A stretch of DNA of 64,000 bases from Azolla caroliniana (Eukaryota; Plantae; Polypodiophyta). The notes under the pieces are model-generated. The model was not told where the DNA came from. It was given only the letters and a program-made list of their open reading frames with translations, and searched no databases. The position numbers and the translations under genes were made by a program. Location: the NCBI GenBank assembly GCA_043228905.1, contig JBHGNT010000001.1:24180001-24244000 (forward strand), in the 5' to 3' direction. Of the stretch, positions 63,022-64,000 are shown piece after piece. Numbering within the stretch: the stretch's first letter is position 1; every line of letters begins with the position of its first letter.

Positions 63022-64000
63022 GTTTGGATCCTTAAAAGTCATGGACCCGGAACCTCACACGATACCCGAGTGACACTCCCTCCACAGTCGCACCCTCAAG
63101 GTTTCCCAAAAGCTCTTAATTTCTCCAATCCCCTACCACGTTCCCCGTAGACCCCCGTTCAGACCTCCCGCCTATATGCCAACCTAGCTACCCCGTAGTT
63201 TCTTAGTCATCATCGGTATCCGAATCTTTTCCATTGATTCCTCCTTGCCCTTGCGACCTCGCGTCCCCGTCGGTTGTCCCTCGTTGCTGTGGTTTATGTT
63301 TTATTATTTGTATTATTTTTTATTTTTTCTATTTATTTTTTCTATTTATATTTTTTATTATTAGTAGTATTATTTATTTATTATTATTATTTATTTTTTA
63401 TGATCTTTATTATTATTTTATTGATTTAATTTATTTTTAATGAATATTATTTTCATTTTTATTTGTATTATTGGTTTTTTTTATTTTTTATTTTTATGAT
63501 TTTTATTATTTTATTTTCTATAATGATTATTATTATTATTATTTTATTTATTTTTATCGTTTTATTTCTTTTTTCCTTCTCCTTTTTCTTCTTCTTCTTT
63601 GCTCTACCCTCCCTCCCTCCTTTTTTTAGCACTCCTCCTTCTGCTTGTCCCCTTCCTTCTCGCTACTCGCTCTGCAACACTCTTCCCCCTCTCCCCCCTC
63701 ACGCTATTCCTCCCCTCCTCCCCTCCTCCCCCCCCTCTCTTTGTTCGGCACCCGTGGATTTCTCCCACCCTCAGTGTTCCTGCCCATACTCCATCGGTCG
63801 CCTGCCCCGGTCACCGCCTCGTCTCCTCCACACCCTGCTTTCCCACGCCTCAGGTAGGCCTTTCCCCCCCCCTCTCGTTTCGCCACACCGCATTGCACTC
63901 CTCTCATTCGTCGTACCTGCACTTCGTTCCGTTGCGGAGGCCATGGCCACCGCCATGACGCTGCCCCCCTCCTCCTGTCACCAGCACATTACGGGCCACC

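Larger units (their letters stand above)
53826..64000 (+). mobile_element. Athila-like Ty3/Gypsy element D; runs off the end of the window
   Basis: 5' LTR TGTTAAG...CTTAACA at 53826-54381; tRNA-Asp-type PBS; gag, PR, RT (YVDD), RH (HTDAS), INT (WGIDFIGP). Expected TSD CTGTA. Confidence 0.92.

Overview
Eukaryotic, land-plant-type genomic DNA (the element families suggest a non-seed plant such as a fern, which is inference only). Most of the window is nested LTR retrotransposons: at least 6 Ty3/Gypsy elements or remnants, 6 Ty1/Copia elements or remnants, several solo LTRs and a LINE fragment. One recognisable host gene, an SDHAF1-like LYR protein (35173-35496, minus), sits in a less repetitive island of about 7 kb. 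One Copia (23633-29108, minus) is intact and very young. Most notable observations: (1) three related Gypsy elements have no polypurine tract and instead carry a sense copy of the 3' half of tRNA-Arg(UCU), with CCA, 2 nt before the 3' LTR, which suggests tRNA- or tRNA-mimic-primed plus-strand synthesis; (2) an Athila-like element has a second aspartic protease and a duplicated Trp-rich module in frame after integrase; (3) several different LTR families carry an antisense tRNA-like A-box/B-box cassette near the U3 end. All boundaries were read by eye and no database search was run.
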